Positions 9,776 to 20,002 of a DNA stretch of 64,000 nucleotides are shown in pieces. Both the position numbers and the translations under genes were made by a program. The stretch lies in IMG/VR virus record IMGVR_UViG_3300020471_000623, positions 1 to 64,000 of that record; one strand, written 5' to 3'. The notes below the pieces were generated by a model. It was not told the origin of the DNA, did not search any database, and saw only the letters and a program-made list of their open reading frames with translations. Every line of letters begins with the position of its first letter. Positions within the stretch are counted from its first letter, which is position 1. Source of the stretch: a virus.

Positions 9776-10359
9776 CACTAACAAATATAACTAACGTATC
9801 AGATGCAGCATTTAGTGCTAACAATCCTGGTGAGTTGGATTACTTACGACCCAATAGTTTTAAATTTATGGTTCATAATATTCCTAATGTTAGTTATTTT
9901 TGTCAAGCAGCTAATATACCTGAAATAAACATTCCAGCAGCAGAACAATCTACACCTTTAGTAGATATACCTTACCCTGGAGACAAATTACAGTTTGGTC
10001 CTTTAATGATTAGATTCTTGGTTCAAGAAGATATGGCTAATTACAAAGAATTATATGATTGGTTAATAGGTTTAGGTTTTCCAGAAAGCCATAAACAATC
10101 TTCTGAATATACACAGAAACAAGAATATAGATTCCCTGATGCTAATCCAGATAAACTACAAGGAATAGCATTACATTCAGACGCTAGCTTATTCATGTTA
10201 GATTCTAACAACAATCCAATTACCAAAATTATTTTTAGGGACGCTTTCCCTATAAGTCTACAAGGATTAGACTTTGAAATATCTTCAGGTAACACAGACT
10301 ATCTAGTAGGTGTTGCTATGTTTAGATACAGAGATTATGTTATTGAGACAGTTACCTAA
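9772..10359 (+). CDS. gp3: Tail completion/sheath stabilizer
   Basis: YLRPNSFKF, YFCQAANIP, PGDK, NYKELYDWL and DAFPISL; precedes uvsY. Confidence 0.9.
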   Translation: MTLTNITNVSDAAFSANNPGELDYLRPNSFKFMVHNIPNVSYFCQAANIPEINIPAAEQSTPLVDIPYPGDKLQFGPLMIRFLVQEDMANYKELYDWLIGLGFPESHKQSSEYTQKQEYRFPDANPDKLQGIALHSDASLFMLDSNNNPITKIIFRDAFPISLQGLDFEISSGNTDYLVGVAMFRYRDYVIETVT

Positions 10360-10376
10360 AACGGTATTACACTTAC

Positions 10377-10405
10377 TTGACTCTTACTATGTAAGAGCTT
10401 ACAAT
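10377..10405 (+). promoter_or_regulatory. Sigma70-like promoter for uvsY with palindromic spacer
   Basis: TTGACT-17 nt-TACAAT; CTCTTAC-tat-GTAAGAG inverted repeat. Confidence 0.7.
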
Positions 10406-10415
10406 AGACTATATT

Positions 10416-10859
10416 ATGATAAAACTCAACGAAATACAAGAAATGTGGGAGGAAGACTGTAAACTAGATGAATTGAATCTAGGTCAAGAGTCTACTAAAA
10501 TCCCAGAGTTACATTCTAAATACTTGAACATGCTGACAACGTTCAAGTTACAATTACGAAAAAACAAAAGTAATTTACTATCTCTTAGACGTTTGAAATG
10601 GAAATACTTTCGAGGCGAACTAACACAAGAAGAACTAAACAAATTAGGCTGGGACCAATATTTAGGCAATGCACCGTTGAACAATCAGATGAATGAATAC
10701 TTAGACTCAGACCCAGACATTATTACATTACAAGACAAAGTAGAATACATAGAAGCTTGTCTTACACAATTAGATTATATTATGCGCTCTATTAATAGTA
10801 GATCTTTTGATATTAAGAATGCTATTGAATGGAGTAAGTTTACAAGTGGAGTATTATAA
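10416..10859 (+). CDS. uvsY: Recombination mediator UvsY
   Basis: ESTKIPELHSKYL and RSFDIKNAIEW motifs; synteny. Confidence 0.9.
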   Translation: MIKLNEIQEMWEEDCKLDELNLGQESTKIPELHSKYLNMLTTFKLQLRKNKSNLLSLRRLKWKYFRGELTQEELNKLGWDQYLGNAPLNNQMNEYLDSDPDIITLQDKVEYIEACLTQLDYIMRSINSRSFDIKNAIEWSKFTSGVL

Positions 10860-11002
10860 TGGTAGAGAAAATAGCAGAACAGATAGAAATATGTAAATGC
10901 CATTGGAAAACTATTTTCGTAGGTAGTTTTATAATGCACTTCGTATTTGATTGGTTTATATTTGGATTAGGCATTCTATTAGGAATGCACATAGGACATT
11001 AA
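10859..11002 (+). CDS. Small membrane protein, 47 aa (not in ORF track)
   Basis: TAATG coupling to uvsY; MVEKIAEQIEICKCHWKTIFVGSFIMHFVFDWFIFGLGILLGMHIGH. Confidence 0.6.
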   Translation: MVEKIAEQIEICKCHWKTIFVGSFIMHFVFDWFIFGLGILLGMHIGH

Positions 11003-11003
11003 C

Positions 11004-11576
11004 ATGAACATATTCTTACTACACGAAAATCCTACTATATGTGCTGAAATGCACTGTGATAAACATGTGGTTAAAATGGTTATTGAGTATGCACAACTTA
11101 TGTCCACAGCACACAGAGTCTTAGACGGAGATATGTATGAAAGTAAAACTGCAGCAGGCAGACGAATTAAAAGGTGGCTTCATCCTAACAGCAATATGGA
11201 AAACGTTCTATACAAGGCGAGCCATATCAACCATCCAGATGGTTTGTGGGTTAGAAGTAGTGATGCCAATTATAATTACCTTTACAATCTATGGTGTAGG
11301 TTATGTGAAGAATATACTCATAGGTATGGTAGGACACATCTAACAGAAGAAAAACTAAAAGATCTTCTTAGGTTCCCACCTAGTAATATACAACATGCAT
11401 CTATGGCAGACATTCATGGTTTGCCACTAGCTATGCCAGATGATGTAAAAGGCAGAAGTGTAGTAAAATCTTATCGTAGGTATTACAAGAAATACAAAAT
11501 GCCTTTTGCAAGATACACAAAAAGAGAAACACCTGAGTTTATGGTTGAAGAACTACACGCAGGTTATGCATCGTAA
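11004..11576 (+). CDS. Pyrimidine-dimer DNA glycosylase / endonuclease V-like family protein
   Basis: MNIF.L...HCDKHVVKM..EYAQL.STAH and H.NHP..W motifs. Confidence 0.75.
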   Translation: MNIFLLHENPTICAEMHCDKHVVKMVIEYAQLMSTAHRVLDGDMYESKTAAGRRIKRWLHPNSNMENVLYKASHINHPDGLWVRSSDANYNYLYNLWCRLCEEYTHRYGRTHLTEEKLKDLLRFPPSNIQHASMADIHGLPLAMPDDVKGRSVVKSYRRYYKKYKMPFARYTKRETPEFMVEELHAGYAS

Positions 11577-13054
11577 TGACTATCAGTGTAACCAAGAAAG
11601 ACGAAGTATATCTTAAAATAAAAACAGATCTTAGCACAGACCAAGAACTGAATGACTTCTTTACCTTTGATGTTCCTGGTGCAAAGTTTATGCCACTATA
11701 TAGAAACAGAATGTGGGACGGCAAAGCAAGGCTATACAGTTTATACAAGAAAGAATTATATGTAGGACTTCTGCCCTACTTAAAAGAGTTTGCAGAAACA
11801 TTAGAATACGATTTAGACATAAACATTCCAGATATAGGAGAAGAAACAGATGTCAAAAAACTTACAGAAGCTCTCAAATTACATGCTGGAGGAAAACCGA
11901 TACAGGCTAGGGAGTATCAACAGGATGCAGTTGATCATTGTATTAAGCAGGGCAGAACTTTGTTGCTCAGTCCTACTGCTAGTGGGAAGTCTCTTATTAT
12001 ATACAGCCTTATAAGATATCATCAGGCAAAAGGTCGTAAGCAACTTGTTATTGTTCCTACTACATCATTGGTAGAACAAATGTATGGGGACTTTCAAGAC
12101 TATGCCACAGCAGACAAACATTGGGCAGCACCTGATAACTGTCATAGGATATATGGAGGCAAAGAAAAGAGTAATGAATATCCTATTACTATTTCTACAT
12201 GGCAATCTATATACAAGTTTCCTAAGAAATGGTTTGAACAGTTTGATGTCGTGTATGGAGATGAGGCACACTTATTTAAGGCAAAGTCTTTAACAACATT
12301 AATGAATAAACTTACTAATACACCTTATAGAATAGGAACAACAGGAACATTAGACGGAACAAAGACACATAGGTTAGTATTAGAAGGTGTGTTTGGACAA
12401 GTTCATAAGGTTACTACAACTAAAAAATTAATGGAAGATAAACAACTTGCTAATCTTAAAATTGTATGTTGCACACTAAATTATAAAGACGTTATACGAA
12501 AAGAAATGAAAGGCAAAACATATCAAGAAGAAATAGATTGGCTTGTTACTAATCCAGATCGTAATGAAATAATAAAGAACTTAACTATTGCACAAGAAGG
12601 TAATACACTTGTTCTATTTCAATTTGTAGAAAAACATGGTTCAGTATTACATGAAATGATTAGCAATAGTGTTAAGAAAGGTAGGAAAGTGTTCTTTGTA
12701 TATGGTGGCACAGAAACAGAACAAAGAGAACAAGTTAGAGCTATAACAGAAAAAGAAAATGATGTAATTATTATAGCTTCATACGGCACATTTTCCACAG
12801 GTATAAATATAAGAAACCTTCATAATATTGTTTTCGCCTCTCCTAGTAAGAGTAGAATTAGAAATCTACAAAGTATAGGTAGAGGGCTTAGAAAAGGAGA
12901 TAAGAAGGTAGTATGTAACTTGTTTGACATTGGTGATGATTTATCGTGGAAATCTCACAAGAATTACACACTTAACCATTTAATAGAGAGGGTAAAACTT
13001 TATAACGAAGAAGGCTTCGATTATAAGTTAGTAAAAATAGATGTCAGAAGTTAG
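11576..13054 (+). CDS. uvsW: SF2 DNA helicase UvsW
   Basis: SPTASGKS, DEAH, GTTGT and QSIGRGLR motifs. Confidence 0.97.
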   Translation: MTISVTKKDEVYLKIKTDLSTDQELNDFFTFDVPGAKFMPLYRNRMWDGKARLYSLYKKELYVGLLPYLKEFAETLEYDLDINIPDIGEETDVKKLTEALKLHAGGKPIQAREYQQDAVDHCIKQGRTLLLSPTASGKSLIIYSLIRYHQAKGRKQLVIVPTTSLVEQMYGDFQDYATADKHWAAPDNCHRIYGGKEKSNEYPITISTWQSIYKFPKKWFEQFDVVYGDEAHLFKAKSLTTLMNKLTNTPYRIGTTGTLDGTKTHRLVLEGVFGQVHKVTTTKKLMEDKQLANLKIVCCTLNYKDVIRKEMKGKTYQEEIDWLVTNPDRNEIIKNLTIAQEGNTLVLFQFVEKHGSVLHEMISNSVKKGRKVFFVYGGTETEQREQVRAITEKENDVIIIASYGTFSTGINIRNLHNIVFASPSKSRIRNLQSIGRGLRKGDKKVVCNLFDIGDDLSWKSHKNYTLNHLIERVKLYNEEGFDYKLVKIDVRS

Positions 13055-13445
13055 TATATTAAAATTAAGAGATGGAGCTACAGTAGTGGCAAAAGTAAGT
13101 TCAGAAGATGGAGAAAAGTTTTTAGTAGAACATCCTATAGAACTTGTATCAGCAGCAGGAATGTTGAAACAAGGATTAGGAGAAGCTATTAGTTTGAAAC
13201 CTTGGATATCCATTGCAGAAGAACATGCGTTTACTATTGAAAGAGCACAAGTAATAACAGTAGCAACATTACAGGAAAAGTTTATAAACGGATATCATAA
13301 TATGGTTGAAGCTATATACTTTAAAGATCCTCAATGGATGGGAGACTTTGTTGAAGAAGAAGAGGCTCTTACAACTGAGGATGATATTAACATAGATGAA
13401 TTAGCAGATTACGCAGATGCTATCATAAAAAACAAAATACATTGA
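13041..13445 (+). CDS. Conserved hypothetical protein (small beta/Sm-like)
   Basis: ILKLRDG..VVA and LKPW motifs; usual position between uvsW and gp55. Confidence 0.6.
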   Translation: MSEVSILKLRDGATVVAKVSSEDGEKFLVEHPIELVSAAGMLKQGLGEAISLKPWISIAEEHAFTIERAQVITVATLQEKFINGYHNMVEAIYFKDPQWMGDFVEEEEALTTEDDINIDELADYADAIIKNKIH

Positions 13446-13446
13446 T

Positions 13447-13896
13447 ATGAAAGAATTAGGAATGGTATTATTAGGTTGTCTTGTATTCGTAGGATTCTTT
13501 GCAGGTGTTGTATATCCTGATTTAGAATACAAAGGTTATCCTAGCACACATAATTGCACAGGCGAGTGTTATGATGAGTATGTTAGAACACATGGAACAA
13601 CTGTAGAAATATTAAAGGCTAAACAGGCAATAGCAGCAGGCGACCCGTTTAGCAGTATTAGAGGCTTATACGCAGGTTGCGCTGCCTGTCATGGTAGGAA
13701 CGGAGAAGGTAGTGGAATGTTTCCTCAGTTAGCAGGTAACAGTGCAAGTTATATTAGTGGACAACTAATCAAGTATAAGAATAGAGAACAAATTGGAATG
13801 AACAGTTCTATGATGTGGGGACAAGCAGGCAACTTGTCTGATAAAGAAATTGAATTATTAGGGGAATACATAGAAGCAGGTTTCCCAGCTGAATAA
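13447..13896 (+). CDS. Membrane-anchored class I c-type cytochrome (c553/c4-like)
   Basis: N-terminal TM; CAACH heme motif; G.G.FPQLAG and distal Met (SMM). Confidence 0.88.
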   Translation: MKELGMVLLGCLVFVGFFAGVVYPDLEYKGYPSTHNCTGECYDEYVRTHGTTVEILKAKQAIAAGDPFSSIRGLYAGCAACHGRNGEGSGMFPQLAGNSASYISGQLIKYKNREQIGMNSSMMWGQAGNLSDKEIELLGEYIEAGFPAE

Positions 13897-13908
13897 TAGG
13901 AGTATATT

Positions 13909-14505
13909 ATGGCAAAAAGACGTGACCCTAACTCGGCTCACTACATTGATAACAAAGAATTTTTAGCAAAAATATCTGATTATCGTGAAAAGAGAATAGA
14001 GGCAGAAGAATGTGGTGACCCAAGACCACAAGTAACTAATTACTTGGGAGAGTGCTTTGTGAAGATTGCTAATCACTTGGCATATAAATCCAACTTTGTA
14101 AACTATACATTTAGAGATGAAATGATTCTAGATGGGATAGAAAATTGTCTTACATACATGGACAACTTTGACCCAGCAAAATCTAAAAATCCTTTTGCAT
14201 ACTTTACACAAATCACATACTATGCTTTCATTAGACGTATCCAGAAAGAGAAACGTCAGATGGAAACAAAGTTCAAATATATAAAGTCATTAGATATAGA
14301 ACAAATATTAGAAGCAAGTGCAGATGGCACAGAAGGTTCTAATGAATATATCAGTTATATGAGAGGCATAATTGAACAAGCAGAGGCAGATAATGCAGCA
14401 GCAGATAAAGCCAATGAAGGTAAGAAGATGCCTAAACGTCGTCCTAAATACTTAGACGAAAAAATTAAAGCAGAAGAAGCTAAAAAAGGTAAAACTGACT
14501 CTTGA
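13909..14505 (+). CDS. gp55: Late transcription sigma factor
   Basis: HYIDNKEF, NFVNYTFRDEMILDGIENC and NPFAYFTQI motifs. Confidence 0.97.
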   Translation: MAKRRDPNSAHYIDNKEFLAKISDYREKRIEAEECGDPRPQVTNYLGECFVKIANHLAYKSNFVNYTFRDEMILDGIENCLTYMDNFDPAKSKNPFAYFTQITYYAFIRRIQKEKRQMETKFKYIKSLDIEQILEASADGTEGSNEYISYMRGIIEQAEADNAAADKANEGKKMPKRRPKYLDEKIKAEEAKKGKTDS

Positions 14506-14531
14506 ATCTAGGTTCAGGTTTCATATATAAT
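14502..14531 (+). promoter_or_regulatory. Sigma70-like promoter for the deazaguanine cluster
   Basis: TTGAAT-ctaGGTTC...-TATAAT (18-nt spacer). Confidence 0.6.
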
Positions 14532-14539
14532 ATCACACT

Positions 14540-15421
14540 ATGGGAAAGTTAAGATATTCAGAGGTATTTTATAGCGTCCAAGGCGAAGGCAGATTCGTAG
14601 GTGTTCCTAGTGTCTTCCTCAGAGTCTTTGGTTGTAATTTTGAATGCGCTGGCTTTGGACAAGAACGTGGTAAACTAATTGCTACAGATCAGATGCCTTA
14701 CTTTACAGACCCTAAAGCAGATAAGAATCATCCTGAGGCATATAAGAGTATTGAAGAATTGCCTGTTACTCCTATAGGTTGTGATAGTTCTGCTAGTTGG
14801 GCTATGAAATATAAACATTTACAATTAACTGAAACAATAGAACAAGTCCAACAAAGAATTATAGATTTACTTCCTAATGGTAAGTATGATGAAAGAGAAG
14901 ATATACATCTAGTTATTACAGGCGGAGAACCTTTATTAGGTTGGCAAAGAGTATGGCCTGAACTATTAGAACTAGGCAGAAGTATAGGATTGAAGAACGT
15001 TACATTTGAAACAAATGGAACACAGAATTTACAAGATCAATTTATAGAATATTTAAATGGAGATGGCAAAGATATACATGTTACATGGTCTACATCTCCT
15101 AAACTATCTATCTCAGGTGAGGAACAATTTGACGCACTTGTTCCTGAAGTATTGGTAGATATGAATAAGGTTACGAATAGTCATTTATATAATAAATTTG
15201 TCGTTAGGGATATAAATGACTTTGAAGAAGTAGATACTTTCGTGAACGCATACAAAGAGGCAGGTGTAAAATTAGATGCTGTCTATTGTATGCCTGAAGG
15301 TGCTACATTAGAACAACAAACACTAACGGCAAAAGGTGTTGCTGAGGCATGTATGAAAACAGGCTACAAATATAGCCCTAGGTTACATATAGATTTATTT
15401 GGTAATGCCTGGGGAACGTAA
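14540..15421 (+). CDS. queE: 7-carboxy-7-deazaguanine synthase (radical SAM)
   Basis: FYSVQGEG, FLR.FGCNFEC...GCDS with long insert, ITGGEPL, ETNGT and SPRLH motifs. Confidence 0.92.
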   Translation: MGKLRYSEVFYSVQGEGRFVGVPSVFLRVFGCNFECAGFGQERGKLIATDQMPYFTDPKADKNHPEAYKSIEELPVTPIGCDSSASWAMKYKHLQLTETIEQVQQRIIDLLPNGKYDEREDIHLVITGGEPLLGWQRVWPELLELGRSIGLKNVTFETNGTQNLQDQFIEYLNGDGKDIHVTWSTSPKLSISGEEQFDALVPEVLVDMNKVTNSHLYNKFVVRDINDFEEVDTFVNAYKEAGVKLDAVYCMPEGATLEQQTLTAKGVAEACMKTGYKYSPRLHIDLFGNAWGT

Positions 15422-15423
15422 AT

Positions 15424-15618
15424 ATGAAATGGTGGGAAACTTTATGGAAACAAGATGTTGAAAAAGACACTTGGACAGACCCAGACCCTGATGATTTGAC
15501 AGTAGATAATGCTTACAAAACCAGATGGATTTGGTATCACACAATCCTAGGAATAGGAATGTTCATGACAAACATATTATTGATTGCTATTTTACTACTA
15601 TTGGCGATAAAATTATGA
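15424..15618 (+). CDS. Small membrane protein
   Basis: C-terminal hydrophobic helix; tightly packed in operon. Confidence 0.6.
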   Translation: MKWWETLWKQDVEKDTWTDPDPDDLTVDNAYKTRWIWYHTILGIGMFMTNILLIAILLLLAIKL

Positions 15619-16037
15619 GTGAACATGGAGTAATAATTGTATCTTGGCAGGACATTGATGAGATGGTTGAAACACTATATCAAAAATTAAAAGACGAGAA
15701 CATAGATAAAGTGGTAGGCATATCACGTGGTGGACTTATACCAGGTGTTATGTTATCACACAAACTAAACGCAGGCTTTGAACCTCTTGAATGGCAAACC
15801 AGAGATGGAGAGTTTCAAGATAAGATTAAAGCTAACGGATTCAATAAAAATTTAAAAGGCACTATTTTTGTTGATGATATTTGTGATAGTGCCTTAACAA
15901 TAAATCAAATCAAGGAAATAATACCCAATAGCAGGTGGGCTGTATTACACCAAAAGGCAGACATAAGTCTTGACTTTGTTGCTGAAAGATTGTATTCTAA
16001 TGATACTAGGTGGGTAATATATCCTTGGGAAGAATAA
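15615..16037 (+). CDS. Purine phosphoribosyltransferase (Gpt-like); start reassigned to 15615
   Basis: GISRGGLIP, FVDDICDS PRPP loop, WVIYPWE; ATGA coupling to upstream gene. Confidence 0.88.
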   Translation: MSEHGVIIVSWQDIDEMVETLYQKLKDENIDKVVGISRGGLIPGVMLSHKLNAGFEPLEWQTRDGEFQDKIKANGFNKNLKGTIFVDDICDSALTINQIKEIIPNSRWAVLHQKADISLDFVAERLYSNDTRWVIYPWEE

Positions 16038-16056
16038 TCTCATACAGGAGAATAAA

Positions 16057-16737
16057 ATGATTAGTAAGGAAATAATAGCAAGGTTAAAGGACAAAGGCAT
16101 TAGATATTATGCTGCTGACAATATTTCAGAAGTCCTAGAGCCCGGTGACAAGGAAAAACTAATTGAAGAACTATCTGGCAAGTTCCATGAAGTTCTAAAG
16201 TCATTAGTTATTGACACAGAAAACGATCCTAACAGTATTGATACTGGCAGGCGTATGGCTAAGATGTATGTTAATGAAATTATGGGTGGTAGGTATAAAA
16301 CTATGCCAGATCCTAATAGTTTTCCTAACTATATTGAGAATGGATACGAAGGTATGTTGGTTGTGAGAAGTGAATTGAAAAGTGTATGTTCACATCATCA
16401 CCAGCCTGTTACAGGTATAGCATACATAGGAATAATTGCAGGTGATAAACTATTAGGTTTATCTAAATACACAAGGATAGCACAATGGTGTGCTACAAGA
16501 GGCACATTACAAGAAGAACTTAATGTAATGATAGCAGATGAAATTCAGAGACAATGTGAAACAGAACATGTAGGAGTCTATATACAGGCAACGCATGGTT
16601 GTTGTGAGAACAGAGGCATTAAAGCACATAGTTCTTTAACACAGACAACTGTTTTACGAGGCGGTTTTAAGAAAGAAGATTTGAAGAAAGAATTCTTTGA
16701 TAATATTACACAACAACAAATGGTATCACCTAGATAA
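16057..16737 (+). CDS. folE: GTP cyclohydrolase I
   Basis: SVCSHHH, GLSKYTRI, LQEEL and HGCCENRGI motifs. Confidence 0.95.
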   Translation: MISKEIIARLKDKGIRYYAADNISEVLEPGDKEKLIEELSGKFHEVLKSLVIDTENDPNSIDTGRRMAKMYVNEIMGGRYKTMPDPNSFPNYIENGYEGMLVVRSELKSVCSHHHQPVTGIAYIGIIAGDKLLGLSKYTRIAQWCATRGTLQEELNVMIADEIQRQCETEHVGVYIQATHGCCENRGIKAHSSLTQTTVLRGGFKKEDLKKEFFDNITQQQMVSPR

Positions 16738-17249
16738 TGAATGTAAACGGAAAACAAGTAGTCGTTGACTTAGAAACATTAAGCACACATGCTAACGCAT
16801 GTATTGTTTCTATAGGCGCTGTCTTGATTGACGATTTAGAAATAGTAGATACATTCTATACGAATGTTGATGCTAACACATGCAAAGAAGTAGGATTACA
16901 TATTGAAAAAGATACACTTAATTGGTGGGCTGAACAACCACAAGAAATTAGAGAGGCGTGGCTTAAGAATCCTCAACCTCTTTCTAAAGCTCTCATGGAC
17001 TTTAGTGCTTGGTATGGGAATGACAGTATTCCTATTTGGGGCTACGGGGCTAATTTTGATGTTGTAATATTAGAGTCTGCCTACAGAGCAGAAAAAGTTA
17101 TACCTATACCTTGGAAGTTCTGGGACATTTACTGCCTTAGAACTCTCATGAATGTATTGGATAAAAGACTACCTAAGGAAAACAATCATAATGCTTTAGA
17201 CGATGCTACAGCACAAGCAAACATGCTTATTGAGATATTGAAAACATGA
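16737..17249 (+). CDS. DEDDh 3'-5' exonuclease (Rv2179c/DexA-like)
   Basis: VDLETL, GANFD and HNALDDA motifs. Confidence 0.88.
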   Translation: MNVNGKQVVVDLETLSTHANACIVSIGAVLIDDLEIVDTFYTNVDANTCKEVGLHIEKDTLNWWAEQPQEIREAWLKNPQPLSKALMDFSAWYGNDSIPIWGYGANFDVVILESAYRAEKVIPIPWKFWDIYCLRTLMNVLDKRLPKENNHNALDDATAQANMLIEILKT

Positions 17250-18577
17250 GTAATATATTAGAATATGTAGTTAGTGGAACCTCTTATATGAGGTTAAGTA
17301 ATCCTGCTATATGTAGAGATGAAACTAATACAGAAATTGTAAACATGCTAATTGATAAACTTGTTCAAGATCAATTCTCACATAAGTTTAGTATGCTATA
17401 TAATGGACACACAGAATCTAGTTTTGGAGAAAGATTTAAACCTTACAAACCATATCAAGTCCATGCAGATAGTGGTGGCTTACAAATGGTTACATTAGGT
17501 TTAGATATAACAGATGAACTAAAAGACAAAGTTTATGAGAACCAAGCACAATTTGCTGACGTAGGCATGTGCTTTGATGAGATACCTGTTAAGGTAGCAG
17601 ATGGTAGAAGTGAACGTAATGATACAAAAGGTAGATCTTTTGACAAGGATAACTTTGAAGACTATGCTAGAAAGACAGGACAAAACATAAAAAGACAATT
17701 AGAAGTATTTGACAAACACGAGAGCAGCTGTAAGCCCTTTGTTATCTTGCAGGGTAATGATGTTGATACATACCTACAATGGTATGAGTATATAATGGAA
17801 GAAGTCCCTAATGAATGGCACAACAGATTAGGTGGTGTGGCTTTGGGTGCAGCTGCTCTCGGCACAGGTGCCTTAGAAGATATAAAAAGAGGCTTTATTG
17901 CTAGTGAAGTTAAAAAGATGTGGCCACAAGATGAAATGCACTTACACGTCTTAGGAATAGGTTCCATTAGACGTATGTTGCCTTATCTAGTTAATTTACA
18001 GAGTGGTTTATATAAAGATATACATATATCTTATGACTCTACAACACATAGTAGAGCCGTAGAAACAGGTTTGTTTTACAAAGGACAGGGCACAATAAAG
18101 TATTCTAGAGAAATGTCCAATTACTATTACGAAATGCACAAAAACTGCATGGAAACTATCAATTTAGGTGTAGAATTAGACGAATTTTATCAACTTTTAA
18201 ACTTACCTAGTTTACAGGCAAAAGAAAAATATGGAGACTTACATAAGTGGTTATATGTAAGGACTGCTTTTATATTAATGTCTGTAAGAAACTTTATGCA
18301 ACACTTAGAACAAATGATGTTAGATGAAAAACAGTTATTAAAGTTTGCAGGTAGAATGAAATTGAAAGAAGTATTTGCTACTCTATATCAAGTTAAAGAT
18401 AGAGATGATTTTGACTCTTGGTTAAATGCTACAAGGAATGTTCATGCACTAAAAAGCCAGGCAATAGGAACAGGTGATGAAGGTTCTTTAGATATAGAAA
18501 TGACACAGACAGATCAAGAAGCTTTAAAACAATTTAAGAAGAAAAATTTTAAGAAAGACACATTGGAGTTATTTTAA
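17246..18577 (+). CDS. dpdA: TGT-fold guanine transglycosylase, DpdA-like
   Basis: HADSGGLQ, MCFDEIP, ILQG, HVLGIG and SYDST motifs; embedded among folE/queD/queE. Confidence 0.78.
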   Translation: MSNILEYVVSGTSYMRLSNPAICRDETNTEIVNMLIDKLVQDQFSHKFSMLYNGHTESSFGERFKPYKPYQVHADSGGLQMVTLGLDITDELKDKVYENQAQFADVGMCFDEIPVKVADGRSERNDTKGRSFDKDNFEDYARKTGQNIKRQLEVFDKHESSCKPFVILQGNDVDTYLQWYEYIMEEVPNEWHNRLGGVALGAAALGTGALEDIKRGFIASEVKKMWPQDEMHLHVLGIGSIRRMLPYLVNLQSGLYKDIHISYDSTTHSRAVETGLFYKGQGTIKYSREMSNYYYEMHKNCMETINLGVELDEFYQLLNLPSLQAKEKYGDLHKWLYVRTAFILMSVRNFMQHLEQMMLDEKQLLKFAGRMKLKEVFATLYQVKDRDDFDSWLNATRNVHALKSQAIGTGDEGSLDIEMTQTDQEALKQFKKKNFKKDTLELF

Positions 18578-18960
18578 TGATTAAGAATAGATATATTAAG
18601 GTATCGTTTAGACGTGAAGGCGTTCATATGTTTCCAGGAGCTGATACAAATCCTAAATATGCTACAGGCGGTTGGGACGATGTAAGTTTCCTAGGTTATC
18701 CTCATAGACATAAATTTTATTTTTATGTAACTGTAGGTGTTACACATAATGATAGGGACATAGAGTTCATACAATTTCAACGTGAACTAGAAAGACTTTA
18801 TGGTAACGAAGAACTACAACTTGATCACCGTTCATGTGAAATGATAGCAGAAGAGTTAATAAATTATATAGAAGACAAATATCCTAACAGAGCTGTTAGA
18901 GTTGAAGTATATGAGGATGATGAAAACGGAGCAATACTAGAAAATGATTTATTTGTTTGA
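18577..18960 (+). CDS. Divergent T-fold (QueD-paralog) protein, possibly DpdL-like
   Basis: HRHKFYF.V.V and SCEMIAE..V.VYED T-fold signature. Confidence 0.55.
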   Translation: MIKNRYIKVSFRREGVHMFPGADTNPKYATGGWDDVSFLGYPHRHKFYFYVTVGVTHNDRDIEFIQFQRELERLYGNEELQLDHRSCEMIAEELINYIEDKYPNRAVRVEVYEDDENGAILENDLFV

Positions 18961-20002
18961 TCTAGAGTATGTAGAAACACGCTATACTGCACAATGGAAA
19001 ACAGAATTTCCACAGTCTATAGCAGACTCTACAGGCAATGATGTAACAATTATAGAAGGTCCAGCAGATATAGCTGGAGAACCTACACCTGGTGCCTTCT
19101 TAGACTTTGCAGGCACAAACATTTACAAGTCTGCACAAGTAGCACAGATGTCTATGTTCTTTAGAGAAGGCAAAGTAAAAGATGGAGATCATTTTGTATT
19201 TGCAGATGCTTGGCACCCTGGTATTTTACAACTTAAATACATGCTAGAACTATTACAAATAAAAGGCACTATACATGCACTATGGCATGCAGGCAGTTAT
19301 GATAAACATGACTTCTTAGGTAGACTAATAGGAAACAAACCTTGGGTAAGACTTACAGAACAAGCACTATTTCATTCTATAGACAAAAATTATTTTGCTA
19401 GTAACTTTCATATAGAATTATTCCTAAATACATTTGGAGAAGATTGTGCAATACAAGAAAAAATTGTAAGAACAGGCTGGCCTATGGAATACTTAACACC
19501 TGTATTACAAGCAGATACAGTAGGCACAGAAAAACAAAATTTAATATTATTTCCTCACAGAAATGCACCTGAAAAACAGTTGAACATATTTGAGGACTTA
19601 AAGAAAGAATTACCTGAATACAATTTTATGAATTGTCAGGAACATAAATTAACTAAAAAGGATTATCATAAACTTCTAGGCGAGGCAAAGATGGTCTTTA
19701 GTGCTAATTTACAAGAAACATTAGGTATATCTTGTTATGAGATATTAAGAACAGGAGGTGTTCCATTTGTTCCTAATAGATTATCTTATACTGAGATGTA
19801 TGAAGATATATTTTTATATCCTAGTGAATGGACAGAGACTTGGAAGTCCTATCAGGAACACAAAGAAGAAATAAAAGAAAGAATTGTTTATTTTATGGAC
19901 AATTTTAATAGCAACGAAATACAAGGTGCTATTAATACAAATAGAGACATGCTCGAGGAACAATACTTCTCGGCATATAACTTATATAAGGAGCTTATAT
20001 GA
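18944..20002 (+). CDS. GT-B glycosyltransferase
   Basis: FPHRNAPEKQ and FSANLQETLGIS.YE...G.VP.VP (GT4-like EX7E region). Confidence 0.75.
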   Translation: MIYLFDLEYVETRYTAQWKTEFPQSIADSTGNDVTIIEGPADIAGEPTPGAFLDFAGTNIYKSAQVAQMSMFFREGKVKDGDHFVFADAWHPGILQLKYMLELLQIKGTIHALWHAGSYDKHDFLGRLIGNKPWVRLTEQALFHSIDKNYFASNFHIELFLNTFGEDCAIQEKIVRTGWPMEYLTPVLQADTVGTEKQNLILFPHRNAPEKQLNIFEDLKKELPEYNFMNCQEHKLTKKDYHKLLGEAKMVFSANLQETLGISCYEILRTGGVPFVPNRLSYTEMYEDIFLYPSEWTETWKSYQEHKEEIKERIVYFMDNFNSNEIQGAINTNRDMLEEQYFSAYNLYKELI

